Assembly (NCBI GenBank): GCA_036478235.1
Contig: JAZGDZ010000040.1
Coordinates: 80,670 to 144,669 of the forward strand
Direction of reading: 5' to 3'
From: Acidimicrobiia bacterium
Lineage (GTDB): Bacteria; Actinomycetota; Acidimicrobiia; Spongiisociales; UBA11373
DNA: 64,000 bases
Of the stretch, positions 19,364-29,241 are shown piece after piece. The first letter of the stretch is position 1. Every line of letters starts with the position of its first letter. Below the pieces are notes generated by a model. The model ran no database searches. It was not told the origin of the DNA and was given only the letters and a program-made list of their open reading frames with translations. Position numbers and translations under genes: made by a program.

Positions 19364-21322
19364 CTACTCGAACCGGGCGAGCCAGTCCCGAATCCGTTCG
19401 GCAATGGCCGGCCCTGTGAAGCCCCACTCCTCGGCGAGACGCTTCCAGGGTGCCGACGCCCCGAAGTGATCGATCCCGATCGTGAGCCCGGTGGTCCCGG
19501 TGAACCGGTGCCAGCCCTGGGTCGCACCCGCCTCGAGTGACGCCACCGGCATGCCCTCGCCGAGCACAGAGCGTCGATACACCTCGTCCTGGGCCTCGAA
19601 GGCCTCGACACACGGCATCGAGACCACCCGTAGGGAGACATCCTCGGCCTCGAGAATGTCCGCTGCTTCGAGGGCGAGGTGCACCTCGGAACCGGTGGCG
19701 ATCAGGACGGCGGCATCGCCGTCCTGCATCACATAGCCGCCGCGATGGGCCAGGCCGGCGGTGGAGGACCGGTCCAGGACCGGGATCCCCTGTCGCGTCA
19801 GCACGATGCACGACGGTCCGTCGGTGCGGCCCAGTGCCATCTCCCAGGCCTCGGCCGTCTCGGTGGCATCGCCCGGCCTGATCACCCACATGTTGGGCAT
19901 GGCCCGCAGCGTTGCCAGGTGCTCGATCGGCTGGTGGGTGGGCCCATCCTCTCCGAGAAAGATGGAGTCGTGGGTATACACGAAGATGCTCGGTGCCCCC
20001 ATCAACGCCGCCAGCCTCGTAGCCGGCCGCATGTAGTCGTTGAAGACGAGAAATGTCGCCCCGAACGGACGCAGACCACCGTGCACCGCCATCCCGTTCA
20101 CCGCGGCGCCCATGGCGTGCTCGCGGACCCCAAAGCGAATGTTGCGCCCACCGGGATCGTCTTGCAGCTCGGCCTCACCGGCGATGAGCGTGTTGGTGGA
20201 GGGCGCCAGGTCGGCCGAGCCACCGAGCAGCGCCGGCACCTTCGGCGCCAAGGCATTGATCGCCTTCTCCGAGGCCTTCCTGGTGGCCACGGCCTCGCCC
20301 ACCTCGTACCCGAGCGAACCCACCTCCGCGGTGGAGGGACCGTGGAAGGCCTCCCAGAGGGCCGCCAGGTCCCCGTCGGCGGCAAACACGGTGTCCCGCC
20401 TCGCCTCCCACCCCTTCCTGGCGGCGGTCCCCGCCTCCATGGCCTCGGCAAAGAGGCCGTACACATCATCGGGTACCCGGAAGAACGCATCGGCGGGCCA
20501 GCCCATGGCTTCCTTGGTGGCGGCGATCTCGTCCTCGCCCAGCGGGCTTCCGTGCGACTTAGAGGTGTCCTGCAGGTTCGGAGCGCCGTGGGCGATGTGG
20601 GTGTGACAGACGATCAACGACGGTCGGTCGTCGCTGGCACGGGCCGCCGATATCGCCTCGTCGATGGCGGGGCGGTCGTGTCCATCGATATCGAGCACGT
20701 GCCAGCCGAACGCCTTGAATCGGGTCGGAACATCCTCGGTGAAGGTGAGATCTGTGCTTCCCCCGATCGAGATCTCGTTGTCGTCGTATAGGTAGACGAT
20801 CTTGCCCAGCCCGAGGTGGCCGGCGAACGAAGCGGCCTCCGAGGAGATGCCCTCCATCAGATCGCCGTCGCTGACGAATGCGTACGTCATGTGATCGACG
20901 AGGTCAGCTCCCAAGCGGGCGCGCAAGTGCGCCTCGGCGATGGCCATGCCGACGGCCATGCCGAATCCCTGGCCGAGCGGACCGGTGGTCGTCTCGATGC
21001 CGAGGTGGACGTCCCGCTCGGGATGGCCGGCGGTAGGCGACCCGAACTGCCGGAAGTTCTTCAGGTCGTCGAGGGTGATCGGGAAGCCGGCCAGGTGCAA
21101 CAGCGAGTAGAGGAGCATCGACCCGTGGCCGTTCGACACCACGAAACGATCCCGGTCCGGCCAGCCCGGCATCGTTGGATCGACGCGGAGGTGCTTCGTC
21201 CACAGCACGATGGCGATGTCGGCCATGCCCATCGGCATCCCGGGATGGCCCGAGCCGGCCCGCTGGACGGCGTCCATGGCCAGGGTCTTGATCGTGTCGA
21301 CGGCGAGCTGCTCGGTGGTCAT
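19364..21322 (-). CDS. tkt: transketolase
   Basis: 652 aa with 'GSGHPGMPMGMADIA', 'GDGDLMEGIS', 'THDSIFLGEDGPTHQPIEHL'. Confidence 0.95.
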   Translation of the reverse strand: MTTEQLAVDTIKTLAMDAVQRAGSGHPGMPMGMADIAIVLWTKHLRVDPTMPGWPDRDRFVVSNGHGSMLLYSLLHLAGFPITLDDLKNFRQFGSPTAGHPERDVHLGIETTTGPLGQGFGMAVGMAIAEAHLRARLGADLVDHMTYAFVSDGDLMEGISSEAASFAGHLGLGKIVYLYDDNEISIGGSTDLTFTEDVPTRFKAFGWHVLDIDGHDRPAIDEAISAARASDDRPSLIVCHTHIAHGAPNLQDTSKSHGSPLGEDEIAATKEAMGWPADAFFRVPDDVYGLFAEAMEAGTAARKGWEARRDTVFAADGDLAALWEAFHGPSTAEVGSLGYEVGEAVATRKASEKAINALAPKVPALLGGSADLAPSTNTLIAGEAELQDDPGGRNIRFGVREHAMGAAVNGMAVHGGLRPFGATFLVFNDYMRPATRLAALMGAPSIFVYTHDSIFLGEDGPTHQPIEHLATLRAMPNMWVIRPGDATETAEAWEMALGRTDGPSCIVLTRQGIPVLDRSSTAGLAHRGGYVMQDGDAAVLIATGSEVHLALEAADILEAEDVSLRVVSMPCVEAFEAQDEVYRRSVLGEGMPVASLEAGATQGWHRFTGTTGLTIGIDHFGASAPWKRLAEEWGFTGPAIAERIRDWLARFE

Positions 21323-21544
21323 CGGTCCTTTTCGGAGCGGGGACGGTCAGGGTAACGACCGGGGGCGGCCGCCTCTTCCAAGTCATGCCTTGGCAGGCGA
21401 CCTTTGTGGTGTCGATGCCGAGTCAGGGGCGTCGTTCGGAAGGACGCAGGACGAAGGCGTAGTCGTGCACTACGTCGAGGACGAGGACGCCGCGAGCGGC
21501 GTTCCTGGCCGGCAGAACGGCGCAGGAGGTTGCCTGTCGAGGCA

Positions 21545-22645
21545 CTAACCCACGATGCGGAGGTGACGACCGGAATTGTTGAGCTCGTCGACCCCCGACT
21601 CGCCGCAGACGACTATGTCCTCGATCCTCAATCCCCACCTCCCCGGTGTGTAGATGCCGGGTTCGATCGAGAACACCATGCCCCGTTCGAGCAGCAGGTC
21701 GTTGCCGGCGACCAGGTAGGGGTGCTCGTGACCCTCGAGGCCTATGCCGTGACCGGTGCGGTGGATGAAGCGGTCTCCGAATCCGGCGTCGTCGAGGACG
21801 GTGCGAGCCGCTTCATCGACCGTCGAGGCCCTGACCCCCGGGGCGACCGCAGCCCGGGCGGCCGCCTGGGCGGTCTCGAGGACGGAGTGAGCGTCCATCA
21901 CCTCGGAGGAAGGCTCCCCGATCGAAAAGGTGCGCGTGGTGTCCGACCAGTACCCGAAGTGACGTCCGCCGAAGTCGACGACGACGGCGTCGCCGGTCTG
22001 CATGATCCGATCCGTCGGTTCGTGATGCGGGCTGGCGCTGTTCGGCCCGGAGGCGATGATGCCCAAGGTGGCCATATCGTGGCCTTCCTCCACGGTCATC
22101 TCACGGACCGTGGCGGCCATGGCCGACTCGGAGACACCGGCGAACGGAACCGATTCCAGCCTCGTCACAACCCGGTCTGTAGCCGCCGCCGCCTCGCCCA
22201 GGAATCGGATTTCTTCGGGCTCCTTGCGCATCCTTAGTCTCCGAGTCAGAGGGGAGGCATCCTCGAACGACGAACCCGGCCGGTCCGCCTGCAAGCCGAG
22301 AAGGAAGGTGGACCAGGTGGTGTCGCCCAACGCGATATGGGCGGCGTCCCCTGCAAGTCCGGAGACGATCGCCACCGGATCGTCGGTCTCGTCCCAGGGG
22401 CGCGTCACAAAGGCTCCCCGATCCTCCACCCGGGGAGCCTCGAGCCGGGGGACGACGAGCGTCGCACGTCCCTCGGCCGGAACGACCAGCATGGTGAGCC
22501 GCTCCAGCGGCATGGCCTCGTACCCGGTGAAGTAGGGGAGGTCGGCGCCGACGGAGAGCATGAGCGCATCGATGCCGCGCTCCATCATCAACACCTGGAT
22601 CTGCTGGATTCGGCCGGCGTAGTCGAAGTCCGGAAACGGGCTCAT
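21545..22645 (-). CDS. Xaa-Pro aminopeptidase / M24B family peptidase
   Basis: 366 aa with 'VVDFGGRHFGYWSDTTRT', 'HRTGHGIGLEGHEHPY', 'GMVFSIEPGIY'. Confidence 0.85.
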   Translation of the reverse strand: MSPFPDFDYAGRIQQIQVLMMERGIDALMLSVGADLPYFTGYEAMPLERLTMLVVPAEGRATLVVPRLEAPRVEDRGAFVTRPWDETDDPVAIVSGLAGDAAHIALGDTTWSTFLLGLQADRPGSSFEDASPLTRRLRMRKEPEEIRFLGEAAAATDRVVTRLESVPFAGVSESAMAATVREMTVEEGHDMATLGIIASGPNSASPHHEPTDRIMQTGDAVVVDFGGRHFGYWSDTTRTFSIGEPSSEVMDAHSVLETAQAAARAAVAPGVRASTVDEAARTVLDDAGFGDRFIHRTGHGIGLEGHEHPYLVAGNDLLLERGMVFSIEPGIYTPGRWGLRIEDIVVCGESGVDELNNSGRHLRIVG

Positions 22646-24279
22646 CCGACGGCTGCCACGGCGTCCTTGGCGTGGTAGGAGGAGCGGACCAGCGGACCGC
22701 TCTCCACGTGGGGCAGTCCTATCGATCCGCCGAAGTCGGCGTACTCGTCGAACTCACGGGGAGGGACGTAGCGATGCACCCTGCGGTGCCGTGCCGTCGG
22801 CCGCAGATATTGGCCGATCGTAACGATGTCGACCCCCACCGCTCGCAGATCGGCCAGCGCTCCGAGCACCTCGGCGCCGGTCTCCCCCATCCCGACTATC
22901 AGGCCCGACTTGACCAGGCGCTCCGGCGCCGCTTGCTTCGCCCGGCCGAGCAGCGCCAATGATCGGCCGTAGCTGGCCCCCGTTCGAATCTCCCGCTGTA
23001 ACCGGGCCACCGTCTCGGTGTTGTGATTGAGGACGTCGGGCGCCGCCTCCATCACGGTCGCCAGCGCGGACCGATCCCCCTTGAAGTCCGGGATCAGAAC
23101 CTCGACGTCGCAGTCCGGCAGACGGGACCTGATCTCGTGAATCACGGTCGCAAAGACGGCAGCGCCTCCATCCTCCAGGTCGTCGCGATTGACCGATGTC
23201 AGCACCGCGTGAGACAGGCCCATCTCGGTGACGGCCTCGGCCACCCGCTTCGGCTCATCCCAATCCACCGCCCCCGGCTTGCCGGTCTTGACGTCGCAGA
23301 AGCTGCAGGCCCGCGTGCAGACGTCGCCGAGCATCATGAATGTGCCGGTACCCGAAGCCCAGCACTCGTAGATGTTCGGGCACGAGGCCTCCTCGCAGAC
23401 CGTGTTGAGGTCGAGACCGTCTACGAGGCGCTTCAGATCGCGGTAGCCGGGCCCGAGATCGAGCCGGACCTTCATCCACTCGGGCTTCTCGGGCTCCCCC
23501 GGAAGCCGGCCCCGCCTGGTGATCGGAATCAGATCGCGTCTCTCGGAGGAGAACGCCCCACCCGCCACCAGGGAGTCGATCTCGTACTCCGCCCGAGTGC
23601 GCCCCGTTCCGCGGGCGAACGCCGAACGCTGCTCCTCGACGGCATCGGCGCCGAACACTCCGGCGAACCGGGGGACGAGCAGGTCGACGATCTCCTCCAC
23701 GCTCACCCGGCGCCCGAGGAGCTCGGAGACCGACGTCACCGGGCGGTCCGGTATGCCACAGGGCACTATGTGACCGAAGTAGTCGAGGTCGGTCGCGACG
23801 TTGAAGCCGAACCCGTGCATCGTGACGCGATGCGAGGTTCGCACACCGATCGCCGCGACCTTTCCGCCACCCGTCCACACCCCGGTGAATCCATCCTCTC
23901 GCCAGGATTCGACGCCCAGATCTGCAAGTACCCCGATCAGCACTTCCTCCAGCCGGCGAACGTGGCCGACCACGTCGGGCTTCGATCCGAGGTGGACGAT
24001 CGGGTAGCCCACGAGTTGCCCGGGCCCGTGATAGGTGACGTCGCCGCCGCGATCCACTCGATGGACCTCGGCCCCCACCGCCATCGCCGCCTCGGGAGTA
24101 AGCAGGACGTTGGCTCCGTCGGAGAAGCGCCCGATCGTGTAGGTGTGAGGATGCTCGAGCAGCAACAGGTAATCGTCCTCATGGCGACCCGAGACGCGGC
24201 CGTCATGGATGGCCCGCTGCAGGTCCCAGGACTCTTCGTAGGGCAGCCGGCCGAGCCAGCGAACCCGCAGCAGGCTCAT
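22642..24279 (-). CDS. fused octanoyltransferase LipB and lipoyl synthase LipA
   Basis: Single 545-aa ORF. The N-half has 'LLLLEHPHTYTIGR', 'RGGDVTYHGPGQLVGYPI', 'KVAAIGV'. The C-half has 'CEEASCPNIYECW', radical-SAM 'CTRACSFCDV' and 'SGLIVGMGE'. No stop between the halves. Confidence 0.85.
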   Translation of the reverse strand: MSLLRVRWLGRLPYEESWDLQRAIHDGRVSGRHEDDYLLLLEHPHTYTIGRFSDGANVLLTPEAAMAVGAEVHRVDRGGDVTYHGPGQLVGYPIVHLGSKPDVVGHVRRLEEVLIGVLADLGVESWREDGFTGVWTGGGKVAAIGVRTSHRVTMHGFGFNVATDLDYFGHIVPCGIPDRPVTSVSELLGRRVSVEEIVDLLVPRFAGVFGADAVEEQRSAFARGTGRTRAEYEIDSLVAGGAFSSERRDLIPITRRGRLPGEPEKPEWMKVRLDLGPGYRDLKRLVDGLDLNTVCEEASCPNIYECWASGTGTFMMLGDVCTRACSFCDVKTGKPGAVDWDEPKRVAEAVTEMGLSHAVLTSVNRDDLEDGGAAVFATVIHEIRSRLPDCDVEVLIPDFKGDRSALATVMEAAPDVLNHNTETVARLQREIRTGASYGRSLALLGRAKQAAPERLVKSGLIVGMGETGAEVLGALADLRAVGVDIVTIGQYLRPTARHRRVHRYVPPREFDEYADFGGSIGLPHVESGPLVRSSYHAKDAVAAVG

Positions 24280-25679
24280 GCCAGCTCGTGCTCCCAGTCC
24301 CAGGTCTCGATGTTGTCCTTGATCCGCTTCAGGAAGAGCACAGCCGTCGACCCGTCGAAGGCGCGGTGATCCCAGGTGAGCCCCAGGTACCCGATGTGAT
24401 GGATGGCTATGGCGTCGTTCCCGTCGTCGTCGGAGATCACCACCGGCCGCTTCTTGATTCCGTCGGTGGAGAGAATCGCCACGTTGGGGACGTTGATGAT
24501 CGGTGCCGACATGAAGGAGCCGTACGGCCCGGGGTTGGTAACGGTGAACGTGCTGCCGGCGAGGTCGTCGGGCTCCATGCTTCCCTCTCGGGCCTTGTCG
24601 GCGAGCCGCCTCACCTCACGGGCTAAGCCGCGGAGCCGGAGACCGTCGGCACCGCGAACGGTCATTACGACGAGGCCCTCCTGGTCGAGATCGACCCCGA
24701 TGCCGAGGTTGACAGCACCGTGGAAGGTGCGGGTCCCGGCCTCCAGGTCGAGCGACGAGTTGACGACGGGGAAGGCGCTCAACGCATCCATCGTCGCTCG
24801 CGAGATGAACGGCAGATAGGTGAGGCTGAAGCCCTCGCGCTCCTTGAACGAGGCCTTGTGACGCTGGCGGACCCGCTCGACGTGCTCGAAATCGACCTCC
24901 ATCGAGGTCCACACGTGGGCCGCAGTCTGTTTGGCCTTCACCATGTTGGTCGCGATCCGGGTGCGGAGCCGCTCCAGAGGCTCGACCGTGTCCCCGGCGG
25001 GTGCGGGCTGGGTCGACGGGGCTGCGGGCATCGCCGGAGCGGCCGGCGCTGCGGCGGCCTCCACCGTCACCGGTTCGGTCGCGGCGACCTCCGCGGGCGG
25101 AAGTTGAGGCACCGGCTCGACGGGTGCGGCGGCCGTCGGAACCACGGCGGCGCCCGATGCGACAAAGGCTTCGACGTCGCGCCGGGTGATGCGCCCTCCC
25201 CGGCCGGTGCCGGCCACGGAGCCGAGATCGACACCGTGCTCGGAGGCGAGGCGGCGCACCACGGGCGACAGCACTCCGAGGTCCGAGGTGGACGGCGCTG
25301 GGGCAGGCTCGGGAGAGGCGGGAGCAGCCGGAACGGGCTCAGGCTCGGCGGTTGACGGGGCCGGCTCGAGAGGGGCGGGAGCAGCCGGAACGGGCTCGGC
25401 GGCCGTCGCGGCAGGCTCCGCACCGGCGTCGACCGACTCCCCCGGCTCCCCGATGATGGCAAGCGCCGTCCCCACGTCCACGGTCTCGCCTTCGGGCACC
25501 AGCACCTCCAGCAGAGTCCCGGCAAAGGGAGATGGAACCTCGGTATCGACCTTGTCGGTAGAGATCTCGAGCAGGACCTCGTCCTCCGCCACCGTGTCTC
25601 CCGGCTGCTTCGCCCAGCGCAGGATCGTGCCCTCGGTGACCGTCTCACCCAGCTGTGGCATCGTGACCGTGAACGACAT
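24276..25679 (-). CDS. dihydrolipoamide acyltransferase (E2) of a 2-oxoacid dehydrogenase complex
   Basis: Lipoyl domain '...EISTDKVDTEVPSP', A/P-rich linkers, PSBD 'SPVVRRLASEHGVDL', catalytic 'LGLTWDHRAFDG'. Confidence 0.9.
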   Translation of the reverse strand: MSFTVTMPQLGETVTEGTILRWAKQPGDTVAEDEVLLEISTDKVDTEVPSPFAGTLLEVLVPEGETVDVGTALAIIGEPGESVDAGAEPAATAAEPVPAAPAPLEPAPSTAEPEPVPAAPASPEPAPAPSTSDLGVLSPVVRRLASEHGVDLGSVAGTGRGGRITRRDVEAFVASGAAVVPTAAAPVEPVPQLPPAEVAATEPVTVEAAAAPAAPAMPAAPSTQPAPAGDTVEPLERLRTRIATNMVKAKQTAAHVWTSMEVDFEHVERVRQRHKASFKEREGFSLTYLPFISRATMDALSAFPVVNSSLDLEAGTRTFHGAVNLGIGVDLDQEGLVVMTVRGADGLRLRGLAREVRRLADKAREGSMEPDDLAGSTFTVTNPGPYGSFMSAPIINVPNVAILSTDGIKKRPVVISDDDGNDAIAIHHIGYLGLTWDHRAFDGSTAVLFLKRIKDNIETWDWEHELA

Positions 25680-25687
25680 GGATCCTC

Positions 25688-27679
25688 CTAGTCAGAGAGC
25701 CGGCGGACCGCTTCGAGCACATCGTCGACCTGGGGGACGAACGCATCTTCGAGGGCGGCCGCGAACGGAATGTGAGTGTGCGGCGGCGTGACCCGGACCA
25801 CCGGTGCGTCGAGATCCCAGAATGCCTCGTCGGCCACCCGCGCCGCGACCTCGGAGGACACGCTGGCGAAGGGGACGTCCTCCTGAACGACAACGAGATG
25901 CGACGTCTTGGCAACCGACGCGAACACCGCTTCCCAATCGAGGGGGACGATCGACTGGAGGTCCAACACCTCCACCGATATCGCGGCGGAGGCCAACTGC
26001 TCGGCGGCTTCGAGCGAGGTGTGCACCATGGCCCCCCATGTGACGATCGTGATGTCGTCGCCCGCTCTGGCGACCCGGGCGGTCCCGAGCGGGATCTCGT
26101 AGTCCCCGGCGGGGATCGCTTCTTTGATGCTGCGATAGAGCCTCTTGTGTTCGAGGAACACGACCGGGTTCGGATCACGGATGGCCGCCAGGAGAAGTCC
26201 CTTGGCTGCCGTCGGCGTGCTCGGCACGACGACCTTGATCCCGGGGTGATGAGCGAGAAGACCCTCGGGGCTCATCGAATGGAACGGTCCGGCGCGCAGG
26301 CCGGCACCCGACGGGCCCCGCACCACGATCGGCACACTCCGCCCGCTCTTCCACAGATACTTGGCGGCCTCGTTGACCAGCTGGTCAAGCCCCGGATAGA
26401 TGAAGTCGATGTACTGGAGCTCGGCGATCGGGATCTGACCCTGGAGCGCGGCGCCCACCGCGGCACCGATGATCGTCGACTCGGCGATCGGCATGTCTAT
26501 CACGCGATGTGGCCCGTACTTGTCGTGAAGCCCTTTGGTGACCTTGAAGGCACCGCCGAACGGACCGATGTCCTCACCAAGGAGAAACACCCTCTCGTCC
26601 CTCGCCATCTCCTCGTCGAGCGCCTGGGCGATCGAGTCGAGCATCGTCGTCGGATCACCCGCGGGCTCTCCGGGCTCAGTGGGAGACACCTCCCTCTCGG
26701 CGAAGAGGTCGGCTGCGACCATGTCGGGGGTGGGATCGGACTGCTGCTGGGCCCACTCCATCGTCTTACGGATCTTCTCCTCGATGCGCTCCGTGATCGC
26801 CTGCTTGCGATCTTCGTCCAGCAATCCACGAGCGGTGAGGAACTCCTCGAAGCGGGGAATCGGGTCCTTCGCCATCCAGGCGTCCCGCTCGTCCGGCTTG
26901 ACATAGTCCGCCGGGTCGTGGCCGGCATGGCCGAAGTGGCGAAAGGTGACCGCCTCGATGAGAGTCGGGCCATCGCCTCGCCGAGCCCGTTCCACAGCCT
27001 GGCGCGCCGCGGCATAGCACTCGAGGACGTCGTTGCCGTCCACGACCACGCCGGGTATCGCGTACCCGTCGGCGCGGTGGGCGACATACGCCAGGCTGAA
27101 TTCGCCCTCGTTCGGAGTCGAATATGCGTACTGGTTGTTCTGAACCGTGAAGACGATCGGAAGCTTGAGCACCGCGGCCGTGTTGACCGCCTCGTGCCAG
27201 GTCCCCGTTGCCGTGGCTCCCTCACCGCAGTCGGCCATCGCCACCCGCGGCTCACCGCGCTGATCGAACGCCATGGCACACCCCACCGCCACGGCATAGG
27301 CGTCGGGAAGGGGTGAGATCACCATCAGTGTGCCCTTGTCGATCACCCCGAAGTGGCTGTTTCCGTCCCGTCCCGAGGTCGGCGCGGCCGCCTTCCCGTA
27401 GAAGTTGAGCATGGTCTCCTCGAGGGTTACGCCCTTGGTGAGCTGGGCGAGCAGGTCGCGATGGGTGCCTCCGAAGATGTCCCGCTCCTCGAGCGCGAAC
27501 GTAAGCCCGACCTGAGCGGCTTCCTGGCCGACCCCGGGATACACCGCGCCTCCGAGGCGTCCACTCCGGTACAAGTTGTGCAGCCGTGTCTCGAGCAGGC
27601 GGCCGGTCATCATCAGCTCGTACATGGCGAGCAGCTGCGCCTCGCTCAACTCGGCGGCGTGACCCTGGGCTTCTAGCAA
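25688..27679 (-). CDS. 2-oxoacid dehydrogenase E1 component, fused alpha and beta subunits
   Basis: TTG 27679 comes right after 'TGAGGAGACGAGG' (lpd stop plus SD). The alpha part has 'GEGATATGTWHEAVN' (TPP motif). The beta part has 'VFLLGEDIGPFGGAFKVTKGL' and 'PIAESTIIGAAVGAA'. 663 aa in one frame. Confidence 0.85.
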   Translation of the reverse strand: MLEAQGHAAELSEAQLLAMYELMMTGRLLETRLHNLYRSGRLGGAVYPGVGQEAAQVGLTFALEERDIFGGTHRDLLAQLTKGVTLEETMLNFYGKAAAPTSGRDGNSHFGVIDKGTLMVISPLPDAYAVAVGCAMAFDQRGEPRVAMADCGEGATATGTWHEAVNTAAVLKLPIVFTVQNNQYAYSTPNEGEFSLAYVAHRADGYAIPGVVVDGNDVLECYAAARQAVERARRGDGPTLIEAVTFRHFGHAGHDPADYVKPDERDAWMAKDPIPRFEEFLTARGLLDEDRKQAITERIEEKIRKTMEWAQQQSDPTPDMVAADLFAEREVSPTEPGEPAGDPTTMLDSIAQALDEEMARDERVFLLGEDIGPFGGAFKVTKGLHDKYGPHRVIDMPIAESTIIGAAVGAALQGQIPIAELQYIDFIYPGLDQLVNEAAKYLWKSGRSVPIVVRGPSGAGLRAGPFHSMSPEGLLAHHPGIKVVVPSTPTAAKGLLLAAIRDPNPVVFLEHKRLYRSIKEAIPAGDYEIPLGTARVARAGDDITIVTWGAMVHTSLEAAEQLASAAISVEVLDLQSIVPLDWEAVFASVAKTSHLVVVQEDVPFASVSSEVAARVADEAFWDLDAPVVRVTPPHTHIPFAAALEDAFVPQVDDVLEAVRRLSD

Positions 27680-27692
27680 CCTCGTCTCCTCA

Positions 27693-29066
27693 TCAATGCA
27701 AGCTCTTGCCGCTGGCCGCCAGCAACGTCTCTCCCACGGCCTCGGAGAGCGTCGGATGGGCGTGAACGAACGCCGCGGCCTCGGAGGGGAGTGCCTCCCA
27801 GCCGACCGCGTACATGAGCTCGTGGATGAGCTCCCCGGCCAACGGCCCGACGACGGTCGCTCCAAGGATCGGGCCGTCCCTCTGCACGACCACCTTCACC
27901 ATCCCCTGGGTCTGACCCTTGATGATGGCGCGGCCCACCCCGCCAAGGCCATGGTCGTGTGTCTCCACCTCATAGCCGCCGTCCTTGGCCTGCTGTTCCG
28001 TGAGCCCCACCGAGGCGAGCTCCGGGTGCGTGTACACGACCAGCGGAATGGCTCGATAGTCCACCGGAGCCGCGGTGCCGGTTGCAATGTGGGTGATGGC
28101 GGCGATGCCCTCGGCAAAGCCGGCGTGGGCCAGCTGGGGCGTACCCGCCACGATGTCGCCGACCGCATACAGCCCGGGCTCGGCGGTCCGCATTGTCTCC
28201 GGATCCACCACCACAAACCCCTCGTCGACATGAGACGCGGTCGACTCCAGTCCCACTCCGCCGGTGGCGGGGGCTCGTCCCACCGCGACGAGAACCACGT
28301 CGACCTCCACCGATTCCTCAGCAAATGGCACCACCACGCTGTCCGCCGTGATTTGGGGAGCAGCGACGCCCGTCCCGGTGTGAACCTGCACGCCGCGCCC
28401 GGCGAGGGCTCGCTCCAACACCCGCGCCGCCCGCGGCTCGGCGCCCGGCACCACCTGATCCAAGACCTCGAAGAGGTGCACTTCGGATCCGAGATCGATG
28501 AGCATCGAAGCGAACTCCGCGCCGATCGCCCCGGCACCGATCACGGCGACGCGATCGGGGAGCTCGGACCAGTCGAGTGCGTGATCCGAGGTCACGATTC
28601 GCACCCCATCGATGTCGTATCCCGGAATCGAGCGAGGCACCGATCCGGTGGCCACGATGACCGACCTTGCCTCGATCCGCTGCTGCGAGCCGTCCGCTCC
28701 CACCACGTCGACAATTCCCGGTGCCGCCAGGCGGCCCTCGCCCTGCACCACCTCGACCTTGCGCTGCTTCATGAGGCCGGAGAGACCGGTGTGGAGCTGA
28801 TCGACGACACCGTTCTTGCGCTCGAGAGCCTTGCTCCAGTCCAGTACCGGCTCTGATGTCTTCACTCCGAAGTCCGCGGCGGCGGCCACCTCGGTGAACA
28901 CCTCGGCCGTGTGCAAGAACGCCTTGGCCGGGATGCAGCCCCTATGCAGGCACGTGCCTCCGACCTTGTCCTTCTCGACGAGGGTGACCGAAAGCCCGAA
29001 ATTGTGGGCGTAGAGAGCAGCCGCATAGCCACCGGGGCCGCCGCCGATAATCGCCACGTCCTGCAC
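27693..29066 (-). CDS. lpd: dihydrolipoyl dehydrogenase (E3)
   Basis: 'GGGPGGYAAA', redox disulfide 'GGTCLHRGCIPAK', 'HAHPTLSE'. 457 aa. Confidence 0.95.
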   Translation of the reverse strand: MQDVAIIGGGPGGYAAALYAHNFGLSVTLVEKDKVGGTCLHRGCIPAKAFLHTAEVFTEVAAAADFGVKTSEPVLDWSKALERKNGVVDQLHTGLSGLMKQRKVEVVQGEGRLAAPGIVDVVGADGSQQRIEARSVIVATGSVPRSIPGYDIDGVRIVTSDHALDWSELPDRVAVIGAGAIGAEFASMLIDLGSEVHLFEVLDQVVPGAEPRAARVLERALAGRGVQVHTGTGVAAPQITADSVVVPFAEESVEVDVVLVAVGRAPATGGVGLESTASHVDEGFVVVDPETMRTAEPGLYAVGDIVAGTPQLAHAGFAEGIAAITHIATGTAAPVDYRAIPLVVYTHPELASVGLTEQQAKDGGYEVETHDHGLGGVGRAIIKGQTQGMVKVVVQRDGPILGATVVGPLAGELIHELMYAVGWEALPSEAAAFVHAHPTLSEAVGETLLAASGKSLH

Positions 29067-29148
29067 GAATCCTCCGGAAGCTCGCCGACCGGTGAGGTTA
29101 GCCGAGGGGGGATTCCACCCCCGTGGCCGGGTTACCCTGATCCGGCTC

Positions 29149-29241
29149 GTGCAGACCCGCTATCTCCTCATCGCCTCCCTGGTGACAGCGCTCGTAATCC
29201 TGGTCGCCTCGCTCGTGTGGTTGGCGGTGACGCTGGCGTGA
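29149..29241 (+). CDS. possible 30-aa single-TM peptide translationally coupled to the downstream hydrolase
   Basis: 'VQTRYLLIASLVTALVILVASLVWLAVTLA*'. Its TGA overlaps the hydrolase GTG (GTGA). Not in the ORF track because it is under 60 aa. Confidence 0.25.
   Translation: MQTRYLLIASLVTALVILVASLVWLAVTLA

Noticed and set aside
27680-27865. 62-codon N-terminal extension of the E1 ORF
   Set aside because: It would overlap the lpd 3' end by ~170 nt and is Arg/Ser/Pro-rich. A TTG with an SD right after the lpd stop gives a normal E1-alpha N-terminus.
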